Shown piece after piece: positions 41,621 through 45,913 of a stretch of 45,913 nucleotides of DNA. Under the pieces are notes generated by a model. That model did not search any database. It worked only from the letters and a program-made list of their open reading frames with translations, and was not told the DNA's origin. Every line of letters begins with the position of its first letter. Position 1 is the stretch's first letter. Both the position numbers and the translations under genes were made by a program. Source of the DNA: Candidatus Pacearchaeota archaeon (GTDB lineage Archaea; Nanobdellota; Nanobdellia; Pacearchaeales; GW2011-AR1); contig JBJKOX010000012.1 of assembly GCA_046706965.1 (NCBI GenBank), positions 1 to 45,913 on the forward strand, read 5' to 3'.

Positions 41621-42076
41621 ATGGAATTACCCTATTACCCTCAAGAAACAAAAGATACCTGTGCCGCAGCTTCGCTTAGGATGATTCTTGAACCTTTAGG
41701 AATAAAAAAATCTGAGCGCTCGCTTGCAAAAGCACTCGGCACCAATAAAAAATCAGGTGTGCGCGTTGAAAACATGGTAAATTTTGTTGAACAAATGAAA
41801 CTCTGTTACGTTGTTTTTAGGAACGCCACCCTTAAGGATATTGAAGAGCGCCTTAAGCTAGGATATTTAATAATAGTCGGATATAGACACCCTGGCCGTA
41901 TAGGCCATTATGCCATTCTTCTAAAAATTGATGATACCCATGTTTATCTTCAAGATCCGAACCCCTTGACATCAAGGATAGTAAAATATTCAACAAAGTA
42001 TTTCGTTTCTCTATGGAAAAGAGGATTAAAATACGATAGAGAGAAACGTTGGTTTATAGGAATCATTAAACAATAA
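41621..42076 (+). CDS. peptidase C39-like (papain-fold cysteine peptidase) domain protein
   Basis: The 151-aa protein has YPQETKDTCAAASLRMIL (Q...C), GHYAILLKIDD (His) and YLQDPNP (Asp) in C39-like order. There is no signal peptide and no fused ABC transporter. Confidence 0.55.
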   Translation: MELPYYPQETKDTCAAASLRMILEPLGIKKSERSLAKALGTNKKSGVRVENMVNFVEQMKLCYVVFRNATLKDIEERLKLGYLIIVGYRHPGRIGHYAILLKIDDTHVYLQDPNPLTSRIVKYSTKYFVSLWKRGLKYDREKRWFIGIIKQ

Positions 42077-42106
42077 TTTAATAAACATATTTTTCTTTGC
42101 CTCCTA

Positions 42107-42526
42107 ATGAAATTTCAGAAAAATGTGGTGACCGCTATAATTTTATTTTTAATACTTCTCTTTGTGGGATCTGTAGTTTACCATAAAATAGAAGGATGGA
42201 GTTATCTTAATGCACTTTACTTCGTCGTCATGACTGTCACTACAGTAGGTTATGGGGATTTTGTTCCAAAAACAAATATAGGAAAAATTTTCACGATGTT
42301 CTTTTCTTTTGTGGGGATAGTCTTTGTGTTCTATTTTATCTCTGTAATTGGAAGTGCTCTTTTCAAGAAACATTTAGGAAAGAAAGTTTCAGAACTTAGA
42401 TCTAGCGTTAAAAAAGATGTTTCAAAAGATGTAAAACAAGATGTAAGAAAGAATGTTCAAAGGGATGTTCAACGGAACGTAGAGAAGATAGTTAAAAAAT
42501 CCGCACAAAAGCAACCAAAGGGATAG
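42107..42526 (+). CDS. minimal 2-TM potassium channel with a periodic charged tail
   Basis: The layout is TM1, pore helix, TVGYGD filter (42242-42259) and TM2. This is followed by eight 4-residue repeats: VKKD VSKD VKQD VRKN VQRD VQRN VEKI VKKS. Confidence 0.85.
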   Translation: MKFQKNVVTAIILFLILLFVGSVVYHKIEGWSYLNALYFVVMTVTTVGYGDFVPKTNIGKIFTMFFSFVGIVFVFYFISVIGSALFKKHLGKKVSELRSSVKKDVSKDVKQDVRKNVQRDVQRNVEKIVKKSAQKQPKG

Positions 42527-42550
42527 TTTAATAAATTATAATCTCTGTGT

Positions 42551-43852
42551 TTGGCTATGGAGCGAACTTATATCAAAGAACTTAAACCATCTGATTCTGG
42601 AAAAAAAGTAGTCCTAAAAGGATGGGCGCACGAAATCCGAAACCTAGCAAAAATGAGGTTTATCCTCCTGCGAGACTTATCCGGAATGATTCAGTGTGTT
42701 GTAAAAGAGCCCCGACTTTTAGATATTGTTTCTGAGATCACTCTTGAAAGCGTTCTTGAGGTAGAAGGCATAATTAGGAAGGCCAAAGTGAATGCAGAAT
42801 TCGCACGAAGAGATATAGAAATAGAAGTAATCTCTTTGAAGATATTAAACAAGGCAGAAAATCTACCTATCCATGTTAATGAGAAAACAACTACCACTGA
42901 ACTTCCCCAGAGGCTTGACAATCGTTCTCTTGATATGAGGAAGCCTCGCGTAAAGTCTATATTTAGGATACAATCCACGATAATAAACGCATTTAGGGAG
43001 TTTTTCTACAACAAAGGATTTATTGAGATCCAACCTCCAGGAATAATAGCTACTTCTACTGAGGGAGGGACTGACTTGTTTGAGGTTGATTATTTTGGGA
43101 AGAAGGCTTATCTTGCGCAGAGCCCTCAATTGTATAAACAACTTGCCGCAATTTCTTTTGAGAAAGTTTTTTCTACCAACCCTGTATGGCGCGCCGAGAA
43201 ACATGACACTTCAAAACACATAAATGAGATTAGGCAGATGGATATTGAAGTTGCATTTGCAGACGATAAAAAAATCATGGGTTATTTAGAGGAAGTTGTA
43301 CGATTCATGGTTGAGAAAGTACTGAAAAATAACAAAATGGATTTGGAAACCTTGGGCCTTGAAGGCAAGATAAAGATTCCTAAAGTGAAATATTTGACCT
43401 ATAAAGAGGCTGTAGGGGAACTGAACAAGCATGGATTCAAGATGAAGCAAGGTGAAGACTTTGAGCCCGAGGCCGAAAGGAAGATTTGTGAAATCTTTCC
43501 CGATTCATTGATATTCACTTACGAATGGCCTATGGAGATGAAGCCCTTTTACATCTGGCCTAAAAACCCTGGAGAGAAGATTTCAGGGGGATTTGATGCT
43601 TTGTATGGCGGCGTTGAAATAAGCTCAGGAGGGCAACGTGTTCACATTCCTGATACTCTTATTGGACAGCTTAAGACCAAAAAGCTAAATCCAGAGCATT
43701 TCAAGTGGTATATTGATGCTTTCAGATATGGGGCACCTATGCACGCCGGATGGTCCATAGGCCTTGAAAGGTTTACCAAAGCTCTTCTGGATCTTGATAA
43801 TATAAGGGAGGCAACGCTCTTTCCAAGGGATAGGAAAAGGCTTACGCCCTGA
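42551..43852 (+). CDS. aspS: aspartyl-tRNA synthetase (archaeal type)
   Basis: An OB-fold N-domain is followed by LAQSPQLYKQ, WRAEKHDTSKHINEIRQMDIEVAF, EISSGGQRVH and GWSIGLERF...NIREATLFPRDRKRLTP. An ATG at 42557 is an alternative to the track's TTG at 42551. Confidence 0.9.
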   Translation: MAMERTYIKELKPSDSGKKVVLKGWAHEIRNLAKMRFILLRDLSGMIQCVVKEPRLLDIVSEITLESVLEVEGIIRKAKVNAEFARRDIEIEVISLKILNKAENLPIHVNEKTTTTELPQRLDNRSLDMRKPRVKSIFRIQSTIINAFREFFYNKGFIEIQPPGIIATSTEGGTDLFEVDYFGKKAYLAQSPQLYKQLAAISFEKVFSTNPVWRAEKHDTSKHINEIRQMDIEVAFADDKKIMGYLEEVVRFMVEKVLKNNKMDLETLGLEGKIKIPKVKYLTYKEAVGELNKHGFKMKQGEDFEPEAERKICEIFPDSLIFTYEWPMEMKPFYIWPKNPGEKISGGFDALYGGVEISSGGQRVHIPDTLIGQLKTKKLNPEHFKWYIDAFRYGAPMHAGWSIGLERFTKALLDLDNIREATLFPRDRKRLTP

Positions 43853-43956
43853 TTAATTCAGAAACAATTATAAACATCTTTTTCTTTGACAGCATATGAT
43901 AAGTTACTATTCAATTAATAATTCTAATAGTAATAATTAAAAATCTGTTTTACTTT

Positions 43957-45261
43957 TTGTTAAAAATGGCAAAATATATATCGATTAGGGATGCAATGAA
44001 TCAGGCAGACAAGAAAGTAGCGATTCATGGATGGGTTTATAGAGAAAGGGGAAGCAAAGAACTTAGGTTTCTTATTATAAGGGATTCTACAGATATAATA
44101 CAGTGCGTTCTTAAGCGAGAAAAGTTCGGAAGTCAATGGGATAAAATTGAGAAGTTGCAGATTGAGTCCTCTGTTGAAATTGAAGGTATAATAAAAGTAG
44201 ATAAGAGGGCCCCTACGGGATATGAAATAGATGCAGATAAAATAAATATTGTGGGTCTTTCGAATGAATTCCCTATAAACAAGGACCTAAATGAAGAACT
44301 TCTCGGGGACAGAAGGCATTTGTGGTTACGTTCAAGAAAGATGGTTGCAATAATGAAAATAAGAAGTACCGTTATAGGGGCTCTTCATGAATATTTCAAT
44401 AGTAAGGGTTTTTATGAATTCCAAAGTCCCATACTTGTGGCTGGAGGTGCAGAAGACGGTCCTACCATGTTTAGGGTTAATTATTTTGAGCGAGAAATGT
44501 ATCTTGCACAGACATGGCAGCTTTATGCAGAGGCGGCTGTCTATGCCCTAGAAAAAATCTACTGTGTTGCCCCTAGTTTTAGGGCTGAAAAATCAAAGAC
44601 TTCAAGACATCTCACTGAGTATTGGCATACTGAAATGGAGGTTGCGTGGACTACTCTAGATGAGATAATGAATTATGCTGAAGAAATGACTAAGCATGTT
44701 ATAAAGAGAGTTATTGAAAAAAACAAAGGGGAACTTGAGTTGCTTGGAAGAGATATCAGGAGACTTGAACCCTCTCTAAAGAAACATTTTCCAAGGATTA
44801 CATATGATGAGGCTTTGAAGAATCTCAAGGACAAGAGGAAGATGAATGTTAAATGGGGAAAAGACCTTAGAACAATTGAAGAGGAGAAACTGATGGAGTC
44901 ATATGACACACCTGTTTTTGTCCATCATTATCCTAAGGAAATAATGGCTTTTTACAAGCCAAGAGACTCTAAGAATCCAAAGACTGCTCTTTGCTTTGAC
45001 ATGCTTGCCCCGGAAGGAAATGGCGAGCTTATTGGCGGAAGCATGCGTGATACAAATATTGATGAACTTAAATCTTCTTTGAAAAAGAAAGGCGAAAAAC
45101 TTGAGGACTATCAATATTATTTTGATATCCATTCCTATGGTCCTGTACCTCATGGAGGATATGGCCTTGGTACCGAACGATTAGTCAAATGGATTTGTGG
45201 TCTTGATACAATAAAAGATGCAATCGCCTTCCCCCGAACAATGGTAAGAAGCAAACCTTAG
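43957..45261 (+). CDS. asnS: asparaginyl-tRNA synthetase
   Basis: The motifs are FRAEKSKTSRHLTEYWHTEMEVAW, ELIGGSMRD and HGGYGLGTERLVKWICGLDTIKDAIAFPR. An ATG at 43966 is the likely true start. Confidence 0.85.
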   Translation: MLKMAKYISIRDAMNQADKKVAIHGWVYRERGSKELRFLIIRDSTDIIQCVLKREKFGSQWDKIEKLQIESSVEIEGIIKVDKRAPTGYEIDADKINIVGLSNEFPINKDLNEELLGDRRHLWLRSRKMVAIMKIRSTVIGALHEYFNSKGFYEFQSPILVAGGAEDGPTMFRVNYFEREMYLAQTWQLYAEAAVYALEKIYCVAPSFRAEKSKTSRHLTEYWHTEMEVAWTTLDEIMNYAEEMTKHVIKRVIEKNKGELELLGRDIRRLEPSLKKHFPRITYDEALKNLKDKRKMNVKWGKDLRTIEEEKLMESYDTPVFVHHYPKEIMAFYKPRDSKNPKTALCFDMLAPEGNGELIGGSMRDTNIDELKSSLKKKGEKLEDYQYYFDIHSYGPVPHGGYGLGTERLVKWICGLDTIKDAIAFPRTMVRSKP

Positions 45262-45420
45262 GGATACTCAGTTTTCCGCTAAATTAAAATGAATTTTATC
45301 GTCGAAAATTACCTCCGTTTCTTTAATCTTTACTATTGATTTTGTACCCATCCCTAAGGGCATAAAAAGGTTTAAAAATCCTGGAGATACAGGACTTTAT
45401 CTAAAACTGGAGGTTTTCAA

Positions 45421-45567
45421 ATGTCTTATTACGACGAAGATGAAGACGCTGATGAGGACGAGTCTGGCTCTGAAGAGTCTGAAGACGAGGACTACAAACA
45501 GGACGACGAGGAAGAAAACGACGACCAAGACAGCTCTTCTGACGATGACAGTGATGACGACTGGTAG
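45421..45567 (+). CDS. 48-aa hyper-acidic mini-protein, function unknown
   Basis: MSYYDEDEDADEDESGSEESEDEDYKQDDEEENDDQDSSSDDDSDDDW has a GGAGGT SD 8-13 nt upstream of the ATG. The region is locally GC-richer. The track lists only an antisense 60-aa Arg/His-rich ORF (45401-45583). Confidence 0.4.
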   Translation: MSYYDEDEDADEDESGSEESEDEDYKQDDEEENDDQDSSSDDDSDDDW

Positions 45568-45639
45568 ATCGCTGTAAAACCAATTTTATTTTTGTTTTTA
45601 TTTGATAAGATTTTTAAGTTAAAGTTTGCTTGGTAAAGA

Positions 45640-45913
45640 ATGAAGATATTGGTTGTTGGGGACCCTCATGGGCAAATGAATAAGATAAAGAAAATACCTA
45701 TGGGTGGAATAGGATTAATTCTTTGCACTGGAGATGTTGGAAAAGCAAATCTGGCAAGAAAAAGATTTTTTGAGAATATTGAAAGAAAGAAGAAAGGCCT
45801 TGAAGAATTGGAACAAGATAAAAAATATAAAAGAGCCGTTCATATGGAAATTCATAATTCTACTTTGGATGTTTTAAAATATCTTTCAAGATATGCTCCT
45901 GTTTATACTATCC
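45640..45913 (+). CDS. calcineurin-like metallophosphoesterase (N-terminal part, runs off the window)
   Basis: MKILVVGDPHG...LILCTGDVGK carries motifs I (DxH) and II (GD) of the metallophosphoesterase fold. Confidence 0.6.
   Translation, partial: MKILVVGDPHGQMNKIKKIPMGGIGLILCTGDVGKANLARKRFFENIERKKKGLEELEQDKKYKRAVHMEIHNSTLDVLKYLSRYAPVYTI

Noticed and set aside
45401-45583. A 60-aa minus-strand ORF (Arg/His/Gln-rich) is listed in the track.
   Set aside because: It is the antisense shadow of the GAC/GAA/GAT-rich stretch. The plus-strand 48-aa acidic ORF has an ATG with a well-spaced GGAGGT SD, whereas the minus ORF has no comparable signal. This remains uncertain without comparative data.
1-45913. 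I searched for CRISPR arrays, rRNA genes, IS elements, prophage or integrase genes and long direct repeats.
   Set aside because: I saw no regularly spaced direct repeats, no rRNA-like GC-rich conserved blocks and no transposase, integrase or capsid-like ORFs. The only strong DNA repeat is the in-frame duplication at 10341-10594.

Overview
This is a visibly AT-rich, gene-dense archaeal chromosome segment; I did not compute exact GC. The archaeal assignment rests on TFB, TFE-alpha, ribosomal proteins eS1/eL42/eS8/eS17, an Sm protein, tRNA-splicing endonuclease EndA, RNase Z, GatD/GatE and deoxyhypusine synthase. There are also 7 tRNA genes, two with anticodon-loop introns. I infer a DPANN-type (Woese-/Pace-/Nanoarchaeota-like) episymbiont genome from the tight spacing, frequent Shine-Dalgarno motifs, K/E/I-rich proteome, apparently bacterial-type enzymes and giant surface proteins. 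The window is unusually rich in translation genes: GlyRS, LeuRS, AlaRS, ProRS, AspRS, AsnRS and GatDE. No CRISPR array, transposase, integrase or reverse transcriptase was seen. The strongest candidate for a novel system is the locus at 2928-11864, which lies between tRNA-Val and tRNA-Leu. It contains a perfect 12-bp inverted repeat next to a TATA box, then a 44-aa ribbon-helix-helix-like ORF, then a 616-aa protein with a pilin-like N-terminal signal. The last gene encodes a 2,291-aa S/T/N/Q/G-rich secreted giant whose C-terminus carries the ES...GAMQVN...YNGW motif set of a family-1 lytic transglycosylase (SLT/goose-lysozyme fold). That would be a murein-cleaving head in an organism that makes no murein, so I read it as a candidate host-cell-wall attack or attachment module. 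Secondary candidates are a PIN nuclease plus KxDG RNA-ligase cassette inserted between gatD and gatE, and a bacterial-style DisA diadenylate cyclase next to a DHH/DHHA1 phosphoesterase. Other points of note are an RNase Z with HxHxVH in place of HxHxDH, a minimal bacterial-type AlaRS, and a GlyRS with an appended N-terminal domain. All functional calls come from motif recognition by eye and no database search was possible.
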